DNA from: the human T2T-CHM13v2.0 reference genome, Homo sapiens
Assembly (NCBI RefSeq): GCF_009914755.1
Contig: NC_060942.1
Direction: 5' to 3' (one strand)
DNA: 64,000 nt
Shown in pieces: positions 38,073 to 50,522 of the stretch (position 1 is the stretch's first letter; each line of letters starts with the position of its first letter). A program made the position numbers and the translations under genes. The notes under the pieces were generated by a model. It was given only the letters and a program-made list of their open reading frames with translations. It ran no database searches and was not told the origin of the DNA.

Positions 38073-39300
38073 CACTGTTCCGTAATTGTTCTCTTGCTGA
38101 GTGTATCTGAGTCACGTTCTCTGTCAGGGCACAACCCTCGTTCCACCACCGCAGGGACATTAGGTGTTTGGGCTTTTGCCAAATGTTCACCATCACAAAA
38201 AAACACCACAGCGAACAACCACACAGACCCGCCACTGAGCAGCTGGGGTGGCCACTTCCTGGATGCACGACTGCTGTGTTTTGTGTTATGTTTTCTGAGA
38301 GACACCCTCAGGCTTGTTTCTCTGAAATTCTGCAGGTGGTACCTCTAAATCCAAAAACTCCAAATGTCCACCAGCTCCAGTCACATTGGAGGTGAGTGCC
38401 TGCTGGGATGTCATGCTGGTAAGAGTGTGGCAAGTTCTGAGGGGCTTCCTGAGGAGGTGGCTTCCAAAAGGGAGAAGAGGCTGGCTGTACCCGGAGGGTC
38501 TGTGGGAGGTGACCCAGAGGTGGAGGAGGAGAGAGCTCCTAGAGCCAGGATGAAGACAGAAAAGCGGGGGTGGGGGGCAACTGATACGTCTTGAAACACA
38601 AATTCACATTTTTTCCTGGAAAGTATCCGTGGTATAGAGAAGCACATTAAAGAGGAGGGAACAACATTATAAAGTAGGAATTGGAGCAGATAACTTGATC
38701 AGGTTTAAAGTACACACATGTGCTTTTAATCAAGTTTTTCCTTGTGTCTCTACCTGAAAGAGCTCAACCCACTAAGAAAAGACTGATGGATACATCCCAC
38801 GTTTACTTTACACTCAGAACATATACCTGTTTTTCAAAGCCAGTACCTCTTTATTTCAACTCCAGACCTAATGCCCAAGTAAATGCCAACTTACAATGTA
38901 TACTTCCTACTCCCTTCAACATTAAAAACAGAACAAAGGCCCGAGAGCCACCACACAGCAGCTGGTCCTGAGTCTCAGCTCCCACTCAGGTCTCAGCCTC
39001 AAGAGAAAGGCAGGCAACAGTTAATGTTGGCCAGGGTGGGGAGAAGGGCTGCAGCTTGCTATGGAAGGGGGTGCAGGCAAACATTTCTGTGCGGGACTGG
39101 AAGGGAAATATGGGAAAGAATAAAAGTACAAGTCAGCCTTGAAGAAAGCCTCCCCCCTCATTGCCTGCTGTGGAGAAGGCCGAGCTCCCGACAGGGCAAA
39201 CAGCTCACTAAAGTGGAAAAATGCTCCTCCCTGGTGCCGCGGCGGCCACAGGCAAAACATGATCTATGTAAACAGCCCTTCACGATCCTTAGAAAACAAA

Positions 39301-39671
39301 CAGGATACACACACATGCACGGGATAAGTCACAGTCCAGATGGGAAGCACGCACACACACATACACACACAGGATAAATCACAGTCCAGATGGGAAGCAT
39401 GCATGCACACACACACAGGCATGTGCACACACACACAGGATAAATCACAGCCCAAAAGAGAAGCACGTGCGCGCGCGCGTGCACACACACACACACACAC
39501 ACACCACAGTATAAATCACAGCCCAAATGGAAAGCGCGCACACACACACACACGGGATAAATCACAGCCCAAATGGGAAGCACACACACACACACCACAG
39601 TATAAATCACAGCCTAAATGGGAAACACACATACACACACACCACAGTATAAATCACAGCCTAAATGGGAA

Positions 39672-39707
<36 letters not shown>

Positions 39708-40427
39708 CAAATCACAGCCCAAATGGGAAGCACACACACGCACACACGCACACACACACGGGATAAATCACAGCCCAAATGGGAAGCGCACACACACACA
39801 TACACACACATACACATGTACACACACACACACACACAGGATAAATAGCCCAAATGGGAAGCATACACACACATACACGCAAACACGCACACACAGGATA
39901 AACCACAGTCCAAATGGGAAGCACACACACACATGCACAGGGGATAAATAATCCAAATGGGAAGCACACATGCATACGTGCACACACATGCACGCGGGCA
40001 CACACACACAGGATAAATCACAGCCCAAATGGAAAGCGCACACACACATGCATACACACAAACACACAGACACACAGAATAAATCAAAGTCCAAATGGGA
40101 AGCACACACATGCATGCATGCACACACACACAGGATAAATAGCCGAAATGGGAAGCATACACACATATACACGCAAACACGCACACAGGATAAATCACAG
40201 TCCAAATGGGAAGCACACGCACCCACGAGATAAATCAATGCCCAAATGGGAAGCACACACACACATACATACATGCAAACACACACAGGAAAAATCGCAG
40301 TCCAAACGGGAAGCACACACATGTGCACACACACCCACCACACATGCATGAAATAAATCGCAGTCCAAATGGGAAGCTCACACACACACATGCACAAGAT
40401 AATCACAGTCCAAATGGGAAGCGTGTG

Positions 40428-40464
<37 letters not shown>

Positions 40465-40485
40465 GCATGGGATAATCATGGTCCA
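39301..40485. repeat. Compound tandem array: ~20 copies of a ~27-bp core separated by variable (CA)n-type spacers
   Basis: Core (g/a)gataaatcacag(c/t)ccaaatgggaagc recurs at ~39321, 39372, 39438, 39508, 39554 ... 40397. Confidence 0.95.
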
Positions 40486-43269
40486 GCAAGACCACATATT
40501 GTCTTAGACAAGAAACTTTCTTTTCTGTGCTTGATTCTTGCAGATACAGCTGTGGTTTGCTCCTAAGACCCACCCAGCACACGTGAGATGGGGAGACCTG
40601 GATTGCATCCCCATGTCTGTCCCAGTGGAGATATCATTGGAAAAGCTGCAGTGATCTCTATAAAAATCTCAACCACCCGCTCCCAGTAGGTTCAGTGCTG
40701 CACTCTAAGAGGAGAACAGGTCTGACTCCTCAAGGAGATGCCTCTGGTCCAGGCTTTGTAAACTTGGGCCTTCCAGCCAGATTCCTCCGAGCTCAGTGTC
40801 CGCTGCTGCTGGGCTGAGGGGAACCCCACTCCTTCACCACCGACTCCTGCTCCTGGCTGCACCTGCCCTTCCAACAGTGTCTCCTCTCAAGAAAGGGAGA
40901 ATCCTCCAGCCTTCTGTGCCTGCATGCTGAGAACCCATAGAGAGGAGCATCCCTGGAGAATCCCAGCTTGCAGCCATCTTCCCTCAAGCGCATTTCCAGT
41001 GTCCAGCCTGGCTTTCTGATCATTTTTGCTTTAGGAAGGCCTCCGACCATGGCACTTTGGTAAAACCATGTCCCAGCCCCCAGTCTCCCTAGCAACGCCG
41101 ACTCTCACCCCAGATGGTTCCTGCCAGGATGGGAGGGTGGAGCTCACAGAGTTTGAAGGAGTGCCACCTTCACATGGCACAAGTGTCTTTACAGAACACA
41201 TGAGGCAGAAAACAGACGTCCACGAATCTGGGCAGATGGACACATGCCGACAGCATGGCAAGGTCCCCTCCTTTGCCCTGCCCCATCACTTCCTCCCATG
41301 TGTAGGAGCAGGTCCACCCAAAACAGTGTGAAGGTGTCAAGCCAGTAGCTCCTCTTCTGGGGAGGGAGTGAGGAAGGAAGAGCAGGAGACAGGCAGAAGA
41401 ACTCACTGGGCGGGTGGCGACCTGCAGGGAGACAGAGAAGGACACGCCAGAGCCCAGGGAGAGCACTAACCACCACTGACAGTTTCCCATTTCATATATT
41501 TTTTCCGAGGCCACGAAGAGGAGGAGCCTGTCACAAAGCGCCAGTGGGAACTCACTGCCCCCGACACCTCCCGACGCATCAGCTGGTGAGCACCAGAAGC
41601 CGGCCCAGTGCCCACAGCCAAGCCCACGTGGTGTGGCCCACAGCACCTTCACAGGAAGGGCCTGAGGGTTGGCTGCAGTCATTTTTTTTTTTTTTTTCAA
41701 ACTGGAGGGGAACGTTTTTCCTTGGTAAACCCCCGGCGCTGAAGTCACTCAGGTGAGCCTCGGTGAAGAAGCCTCAGACGCTCAGCAAGGCCCAGGGAGG
41801 ATGAGCTCATCTCTGGAGGCCAAGCTCACATGCCCTAGACTGCAGCAACATGCCCTCCCGCCCACGCCCGCTCCCTTGCCAGGGTGTGTCCTGCCCTCAG
41901 CGGGCCACTGGCCCCCAAATCCACCACAGAAGGCCAACAGGACAGGGGAGTCCCAGTGACATGCCACTGCCTCCCCCCACCCAGGAGGCTTGCTTTAGGG
42001 TCCCCTGCTGCCCTGGGCCCACGTTAAATCAGCTGTTCCATGCAAAGACTTGCAGAGCCAAGAGGAGAGGTGCAGGCGAGTTGTTAGGAGCATGAGTTTC
42101 ACAACGGTGTGGTCTCACTGCTGCCCCTGGCCACTGCCTGTGCCTTCCGGGCAGCGACTGCACCTCCTCCTCAGTTAACAAGCACAGTGGCGGATGCCCA
42201 TGCCATGGGTTCCGTGCACGGCGGTCACCATCACCACACGGAGTCCAAGAGCAAGAACTCTGCCAAGACACTGTTATTATCAAAAGCAAATGGTTTGGGT
42301 AATGCAAAATCCAAAACGATCCTGAAGTTTATATTTTGGTTAGGAATGCAATGGCCAGAGAATTGAAGCCACATGAAGGTGCCATGAGCGTGCTGCCTGG
42401 CCCATCTCAGAGGGGCACCCAGCTGCCAAGAGCTGTGCCGTAGCTGGTCTCACCTCTGTCTAGGGGGGCAGAGCCTGACGGGAACGCCCCATTGTGCCTC
42501 AGAACGAAAGTTCAGTGGTCTGCAGAGAGGAGAGGAAAGGGGAAGCTGAATGTCCCGTGGAAAAGTGGCACAGAGGCCTGGCTGGGTGAACCAGGGCCCG
42601 GGACGGGAATGGCCATTGGTGTGTCAGCTGCTCACCTGGGCTTGGGTGTCCAGGTCCTGAGCTCACTCCTGGTGATACACCCTCAGCAGCCCAGGTGGCA
42701 GAGGGGACAAGGAGCGCCTGCTACCTGAGGCCTCTGCTTGGGAAGTTCCTGTCAGGAGAGGCAGGCAGGGCGTGGGCAGCGACAGCTGGGGCCGGCAGGT
42801 GAGGACACGCAGCTGGGAGGGGCGCAGCCGGCAGCACCTGGGAATGCAGCACTGTGCTCTTCCTGGGGGCTGTGGCCTCACAGAGGCTCCCAGGCTACAC
42901 TGGAGGAGGCTCTGCTCCATGGTGTACACCCCCCAGGTATCACCGGGGCCCTCCCAGGACCAACCCAGCCGGTGGTCAGGGGTCCTTGCTCTCTGCCGGG
43001 CACACTGCGGCCTCTGGGTGTTTTCAGAACGGCAATCACATTCTCAAGCTTAACTGTCTCTATGGCACCGCAAATGGCAGGGCTGCTCCCCACTCCCTGG
43101 AGGAAGTGAGCCTGACCCCCAGTTCCTGCCAGTGAGCTTGGCAGAGGCACCACAGGCTCTTGGGTCCCCTCATACAAGCTTTGTCAGGGGGCCGGACGTC
43201 CACCTGCAGGCCCAGCCCTTCCTCATCACAACAGAGAGCCCACCACAGGGGACAGCCACAACTTAGCCC

Positions 43270-43453
43270 CGTGGTTCTGCCCCCAGCAGACATGTGGTGA
43301 TGTCTGGAGACATTCTAATTGGCACAAGTTGGGGGGAAGCTCCTGGTATCTAGACAGCAGAGGCCGGGGCACCGATAGCTCTCCACATGCAGATGCCCCA
43401 CAGCAAAGAAATGTCCAGCGCAGAACGTCAGCAGTGCTGAGGGTAAGAACCCG
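43270..43453 (+). mobile_element. MER20-like DNA transposon remnant
   Basis: tgcccccagcagacatgtggtgatgtctggagacattctaattggcacaagttgggggg...cagtgctgagggtaagaaccc. Confidence 0.7.
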
Positions 43454-46400
43454 GCCTCACACGCACGTTTCCAGCGGGCTGGAAGGCGGCTCCTACAGTC
43501 AGGCTGTTCAAAGGTCTGAACCTCACGCGCGATCTCGACATTAGAACATGGGCTGCGACCGGAGAAGCAGCCTGCGGGGGTGGGCCAGGAAGGGGCGCCA
43601 CCCTGAAGGCTCAGTCTGTGTGGCAATGACACCCACAGACAAGCCCTGCGTACACTGACCGTAGACTGGTGTGTGCACCAAGCATGCCAGGGACCCCAGG
43701 TCACACGCCCCTGGGGGATAGGAGAGGTGGTGTCTGTCCCCTGGTCCCTCAGCCAAGTCAGCCGATGTCCCCAGCTGGGATGTCTGCGGAAGCTGTGGTC
43801 CCGATGCCACACACGCCAAGGCAGGCATCACGCTCTGGGCACCGGGGGACCCTGCGTGCTTGGGTGCATTGCACACCCAGGTCACCAGGGACACGGTGAC
43901 ATGCCGCTGTGAGCCCTCAAGAAGGCCTCATCTCCATACAGCGCTGCGGCCAGCTGGTGACAGGTCTCAAAGGGAGGGAGCAACCCTACATCTCTGCTTC
44001 CAAAGTCCGGTAGGTGTGCCCTTCCCCTAAACTCAGCAGATCGGATCTACCTCCCCTCTCCCAACAAGGAGGGTCTCCTCCCCATCCTCCCTCATCAGCG
44101 ACTGTGCCCCTGCCTCCTGCTTGGGGAAGAGCTTCTCTCTGCTGCCAACCTGGAGCCTGGCCCTTCCCTCCTTCCTGGCTGGAAGCTGCTTTCAGCTCCT
44201 GGCCTTCCTGATGGGCATCGGCTCCCCATTCCTCGCGTCCTCTCCCCCTGTGCAGAGCATGTGTGGGGACAGGCAGCTGGATGAAGCACCTCAGAGATCC
44301 ACTGCCCAAGGCTGCCCGGTAGACCTGTCCCTGGGAGGGAAGCAGCCCAGCCCCGCTGATAGAACCTGCATTTCAAACAGACCCAGGGCTGCAGCACACA
44401 ACACGTTTCCAGTGGAGAAGCCCTTTGCAGAGTTCAGAGCTCTCGCAGGCCTCGTGTTCAACTCCTCATCTTGCCACCTGCTTTTGTTACGCAAGAAACT
44501 GAGGCAGAAAGCAGGGAAGCAACACAGCTGGGTAGGGCCCAGCAGAGTCTCACCCCAAGCTCCCCAGCTGCTCACCCACAGTGCTCTGGGCCCCTCCCAC
44601 TTCCACAACTGCGACCTTGTCTTTGACCTTGAACTTCTGTCTCCTCCTCCCAAAATGCCTGTGACCAACTGGGCTGCCTTTGACGAGCTGCTCTGAGGAA
44701 CAGCAGCCACTTGCCCACTGGCCCCCAGCCCTCCCTGAAGGGTGGCAGCTGATGCCTGTGTGCCTGAAGGCAGCTCCTGCCCCCAGTATCCACAAGGAGG
44801 GACAAACTCTCACATGGACAGTGAGGGTGTGACAGGCCCTGAAGAACAGGTTCTGTGTCCACTTTAGATGCTGGAACTACACTTAAAGAGCGACCAGCTT
44901 TTACAGATACAAAAATAAACATGTTTGCCTTTGCTTGTTATTGCCAAGGAAGCCATCTTCCCCTGCTTTGACACCTCAACTGTGAATGCATTTCCCATAA
45001 CATCTGAAAATGTACACTAAAAATCAAGTCACACTTAAAGGTAGTGTTTTTGGCCAATTTGTTCTGAGAACAAATACAAAACTGCATAAAAATAGCTTCC
45101 ACAGGGAAAAAAGGTGCAAGTCCAACAGACACCCTTTCCAGTCACCTAGACATCACCTGGGTGTTGAAAACCACCTTGAGCCCAAATCCACCTGCACCAT
45201 TGATTCTCTCGTGTCAGGTGCATCCACGGGGCTTATCAAAGCTCTGTTTTATTCTTTTAAAAATGACAAGTTACTATTTTGGGCAGGACAAATGTTCCCA
45301 GAGAACTTTTAAATCTGATGTTATAGTTTTATTTCTTAGTTCTAGGTACAGGGCTAGATGTTTGGCTGAAGCTGCGTGTGCCACAACACTGCAGGCCCCA
45401 CACCACGCAGCCAGACGCCCCTCCCAGTCCTCCTTCGTCCTGACGTGGCTCCCAGTGGAATGAGATGGCTGGGGTCTCATGAGGGGCCAGCTGCGTGGGC
45501 CATCCATTCTCTACCATGGCATGCCGACAACAGGGGCACAGAGAAGTCCCCCTTTCAAACCAAGATTTGAGCTGAAGAGTCAGGTTCCTGGTCGCAGGGC
45601 TCCGTCATCTGCAGGAAAATTAGTGAAGAAGTGGAGGGCCTTGCAATGTGAAAGGGTGGGAGAGAGAAAGCCAGAGAGACTTCTGCAAAACAAGCTGCAG
45701 ATAGGCATGGAGAAGAGCAAAGCCGCATACAGGCATAGTGGAAAAGTACGCTGACCTTCTCAGTGGCTCTAAAACAACAAGCGAAAGACAAAAAACCACC
45801 AGCATCCGTCTTCTTCCTTTCCAGCCAGACAACTCTCCCTGGCCCTAATGGGTTTCAGGCAGAGATGGTTTCCTGAGGGCAGCACCAGTCAGAATGGGTG
45901 GAGCAGGCCCCAGAGCTTCTAATGGTCCCAGCTGAGTCCCCCAAGGCTCAGCACGTGATCCTGCCGGTCGTACACACAGCCCCAGCTCGAGCACTGTGCG
46001 GCCACTCTCTCTCCAAGTACTCTCTGCCCGGGAGCCCACTTCATCCTGCTTCATCAGTCTCTGAAGCTGAGAGAACACCCTTGTTTGTTTCTGCAGACAT
46101 TCCTTTGCTTCAGCACTCACCGCTCCCCAGACCACAAAGGTGTATGGACTTAGCAAAACCAGTCATAATGATTTTTCTATATCAAAACCAGCCCTAACAA
46201 TTTTTATACAACTTTTAAATAAAAACAGTGGAAAATACAATAAATAAGTCCTCTAAATAAAGCTGTGGTATGAAGTTTAAATGCCCCAAGTCAGAAGTCA
46301 ATTGGATGTCTCTGTCTGAGCTGAGAGCACATGACATACAACGAAACCACATGGACAGACACAACCCCGAATGCCAATTCCAGTGTCCTGTGCAGTGATG

Positions 46401-46764
46401 ACCACACTGTTAGAAGCATTTTAACTCTTGTTTTTACAAACTTTCTTTTTACATATATGTTAGCGGTCAAAGAACTCTGTTTTTCTTGGTCCAAACCAGA
46501 GGAAATTTATTGTCCAAACCAGACCCACCCCAATGCATTTGCCTCTGATGTGAGAAAGAAACACTAGGGCTTCAACCAGATGAGGGGCGTTTAGGAAAAC
46601 CCACAGCTGAAGTCACATTCAATGCGGAACACTGGGCACCTCCCCCTAAGGTCAGGAACAAGACGAGGGTGTCCGCTCTTATTCCTTTCAGCCTCGGCAC
46701 TGATGGTCCTAGGGCAACTCTATGTTGACGCCTCTGAGGAACTGCCGGGCTGCAGTGAATCCAG

Positions 46765-47412
46765 GTGACCTCACAGAAACTTGTATGTGAGCATTCGCAG
46801 CGGCATCATTCACAGTGGCCAGGAGGTGGAAACAACCCCGATGTCCATCAACTGATGAACCAACCGATGAACACAGGGTGACCTGTCCATACAGTGGGGT
46901 CTCAGCCACAGAGGGAGCAAGGCCGTGAAACCTGCAGCGGGAGCAAGGCGGTGAAACCCGCAGAGGGAGCAAGGCCGTGAAACCCGCAGCGGGAGCAAGG
47001 CAGTGAAACCCTCAGAGGGAGCAAGGCCGTGAAACCCGCAGCGGGAGCGAGGCGCGGAAACAGGCCATGACACGGACGAGCCACACCATGGATGACCCCA
47101 CGGACACGCCACCAAAGCACCATCATGCTGAGTGACAGAAGCCAGGCACCCAGACCATGCACCGTATGATTCCTTTCACGTGAAATTTCCAGAACAGGGA
47201 AATGCAGAGCGACAGAAAGCAGGTTAGAGGTTCCAGGGGCTGGGGGTTGGGGGAATGGGGAGAGACTACTTAACAGGCAGAGACTTGTTTTTGGGGTGGT
47301 GAAAATGTTCTAAACTGACTATGGCTGCACAACTCTGTGAACACACTAAAAACACTGGCTTGGACAACCTAAATGGTCGGATGCTGACTTAGGTCTCAAT
47401 AAAGCTAAAAAA
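46765..47412 (+). mobile_element. Old L1MB-type 3' region with an internal minisatellite
   Basis: gaaacttgtatgtgagcattcgcagcggcatcattcacagtggccaggaggtggaaacaaccccgatgtccatcaactgatgaa...ggtctcaataaagct. Confidence 0.8.
46909..47060. repeat. Minisatellite, ~5.8 x 26 bp
   Basis: Unit cag(a/c)gggagcaaggc(c/g/a)gtgaaacccg. Confidence 0.93.
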
Positions 47413-47767
47413 TAAGGTGGCTCCTTCCAGCTTTGCGGGAACCTAACTGCTAGTCCCATGAACTTACCCTCCTAGGTGTTGCAACCTTGAATGTCTTTTA
47501 AGAGAGAGATTTGTGAGAGAGCCTAATCTTTTCTCTGCTTTTAATCTACTCTCCTTCACCAAATTGGACTAAAATCGACGTTGATGAATTACAATCTGAA
47601 AGTCTGTACCTTTCCCATACAGTCTAAGGGGAGTTACCAGCACATCCCTTGCTCTATCCTTGGATAGCAGAATCTGGTGTGATGTGCCTCGCTGGGAGGA
47701 GTGGGTCATTCCCTCGAGCATACAGGTGACACACTCACAGGGTCTCTCACATATCCTCAGAAGGTGA

Positions 47768-47900
47768 TTTTTTTTTTTTAAGAGGCGAAGTCTTGCTCTG
47801 TTGCCCAGGCTAGCTGTGAACTCCTGGGCTCAAGCCATCCTCCTGCCTCAGCCTTCTGAGTAGCTGGGACTACAGGCATGCTCCACCACACCTGTCTAAT
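47768..47900 (-). mobile_element. Monomeric Alu (FLAM/AluJ fragment)
   Basis: Poly-T, then agaggcgaagtcttgctctgttgcccaggctagctgtgaactcctgggctcaagccatcc. Confidence 0.8.
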
Positions 47901-48054
47901 TTTTAATGTATTAAGAAGTAATTTTAAAATATTAATGAAATTAACTTTTGTTGCTTTTCTTATCTAGTTAAATTTGGAGCCAACATTACCTGAATGTCAC
48001 ACGACCTAGATGAAATTATTCTAGGCACATGACCAGCAGCCCTGGAACACAAGG

Positions 48055-49080
48055 GACACGCACATGCTCCCACACCCACACACACATGCACCCTCACACA
48101 CGCATATACCCTCATATATGCTTGCACACCCTCACACATGCATACACCCTCACACACATGCACCCACACATGCACCCTCACACACGCATATACACTCAGA
48201 CATGCTCGCACACCCTCACACATGCATATACCCTGACATGCTCGCACACCCTCACACACGCATATACCCTGACATGCTCGCACACCCTCACACACGCATG
48301 CACCCACACAGGCACCCTCTCGCATATACTGTCACATATGCTTGCACACCCTCACACACGCACCCACACATGCATACACCCTCACGCGGGCTTGCACACC
48401 CTCACGCACGCATGCACCCACACATGCACCCTCACACACGCATATACCCTCAGACATGCTCGCACACCCTCACACACGCATATACCCTGACATGCTCGCA
48501 CACCCTCACACGCATGCACCCACACAGGCACCCTCACACTCGCATATACAGTCACATATGCTTGCACACCCTCACACGCACCCACACATGCGTATACCCT
48601 CACGCGGGCTTGCACACCCTCACGCACGCATGCACCCACACATGCACCCTCACACACGCATATACCCTCACATATGCTTGCACACCCTCACGCATGCATG
48701 CATCCTCACACACATGCACCCACACATGCATACACCCTCACAAGGCTCACACACCGTCATGCACACATGCACCCTCACATGCTTGCACACCCTCACATGT
48801 GCATGCACCCTCACACATGCTCGCACACCCACACATGCTCGCACACCCTCACACATGCATGCACCCTCACACACGCATATGCCCTCACATATGCTTGCAC
48901 ACCCACACACGCATACACCCTCAAGGCTCGCACACCCTCACATGCACCCTCACACATGCTCGCACACCCTCACACATGCATGCATCCTCACACACGCGCA
49001 CACCCTCACACACATGCACACACAGCCCTTGCACACCCCCCCAAAGGATGCACACACACATCCCTGTGCACACGTGCACT
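48055..49080. repeat. Degenerate CA-rich minisatellite (~1 kb) built on cacaccctcacacacgcat
   Basis: Many copies of caccctcacac with atgc/gcat variants and larger duplicated blocks. Confidence 0.92.
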
Positions 49081-49290
49081 CATAGCTGCTGCTCTCGATG
49101 GGATAACTGAGGGCTACATATAATCACACGTGATACGCAAGCAAGTGCTAATCAGCATTTCGTCTGTAGCTGCTACTCCCCCAGTTTTAAAAGTAACATA
49201 AAATTTTACCCTCGGCCCCCAAATCTCCCTGCTAATCAGTATCTTCTCATCTTTTCTGGTCTTCAGAACCACCTTAAGAAATCAAGGAAG

Positions 49291-49572
49291 GGCTGGGCGG
49301 GGTGGCTCACGCCTGTAATCCCAGCACTTTGGGAGGCCGAGGTCGGGAAATCAAGACCATCCTGGCTAACAGGGTGAAACCCCGTCTCTACTAAAAATAC
49401 AAAGAAATTAGCCGGGCGTGGTGGCGGGCACCTGTAGTCCCAGCTACTCAGGAGGCTGAGGCAGGAGAATGGCGTGAACCCGGGAGGTGGAGCTTGCAGT
49501 GAGCCGATTGCGCCACTGCACTCCAGCCTGGGGGACAGAGTAAGACTCTGTCTCAAGAAAAAAAAAAAAAAG
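49291..49572 (+). mobile_element. AluY-like element with a short internal deletion, TSD agaaatcaaggaag
   Basis: accatcctggctaac and gaatggcgtgaacccgggagg...gcttgcagtg. The left arm lacks gcgggcggatcacgag. Confidence 0.92.
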
Positions 49573-50217
49573 AGAAATCAAGGAAGAATCCACTAAGGGT
49601 TACTCTAATGGTCTGACACCAGTGGGGCTGCTCCTAAGGACATGGGGCTGCCTGCTCTAACCTGTTCTCTGGCCCTGGAAGGTCAGTGTCCTGCTCTGCC
49701 TGGCTGAGGGGATGGCACGCGTGGGTGGGTGCTGTCAGGCTCTGCACAGCTGACTCCCTCCCAGTGAGAAATGTACTTGGAACACTGGGCTTAACTGTTT
49801 CTCACATTTTGCTTCAGAGTAGACAGGGCTGTGTCCCTCAGGCTACACACGAGGCGTGTGTGTGAGAAGGATTCTACCCACTGTGGACACATGTAACCAT
49901 GAGCTTCAGCAAGGGGGACAACGCAGCATCCCCAAAGCAGCCCTCAGTGCGGCTGGGCTGTTCCGGTTAGATTTAGTTGTGAATCATCGCAATTCAGGCA
50001 TTGTGGGAGGGTCACGAGGAACAAAGGACACCCTAGCCCCTTCCCTCTTGGTGTGAACGGGCCCCCCCATCCACCTCCTGGCTCCCCTGTGTGGTACCCA
50101 CAGCACCTACTATGGGAGCGGCACCTGTGTTCATTTGTGGGCTCCACCCTGGCCCAGGGATGACCACTGCTGACCTGATGCTTTGCAGGGTCAGGCCCCG
50201 TTCGGAGAGATTGCCAT

Positions 50218-50522
50218 GGTTCTGAGAAACGCATCATTTGGTGACTGGTCATCATGCAAACATCCTTGAGCGCACTCACACAACCTGGAGGATGTAGCTC
50301 ACTGGATGCCCAGGCTACGTGGAGTAGCCCATTGCTCTGGGGCTACACACCCATACATCGTGTTACTGTGCTGAATACACTAGGCAACTGTGATACAATG
50401 GTGAGTATCTGTGTATCTAAATACTTCTAAACATAGATAAGGTGCAGAAAAAATAAAATCTTACGGGACTGCTGCATATGTGCTCCATCACTGACTGAAA
50501 CGCTAAGTGGTGCGCGACCGTG
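50218..50522 (+). mobile_element. Tigger3a (MER7A)-like DNA transposon
   Basis: gttctgagaaacgcatcatttggtga...tgttactgtgctgaatacactaggcaactgtgatacaatggtgagtatctgtgtatctaaa. Confidence 0.8.

Noticed and set aside
39301-40485. CRISPR-like repeat-spacer array
   Set aside because: Spacers are low-complexity (CA)n of variable length, repeats are degenerate and non-palindromic, no cas genes are present, and the context is primate intron.
48029-49123. His/Thr/Pro-rich ORFs up to 348 aa (likewise the 200-230 aa ORFs at 39.3-40.5 kb)
   Set aside because: Translations of CA/TG repeats that lack stop codons by composition and are open in several frames.
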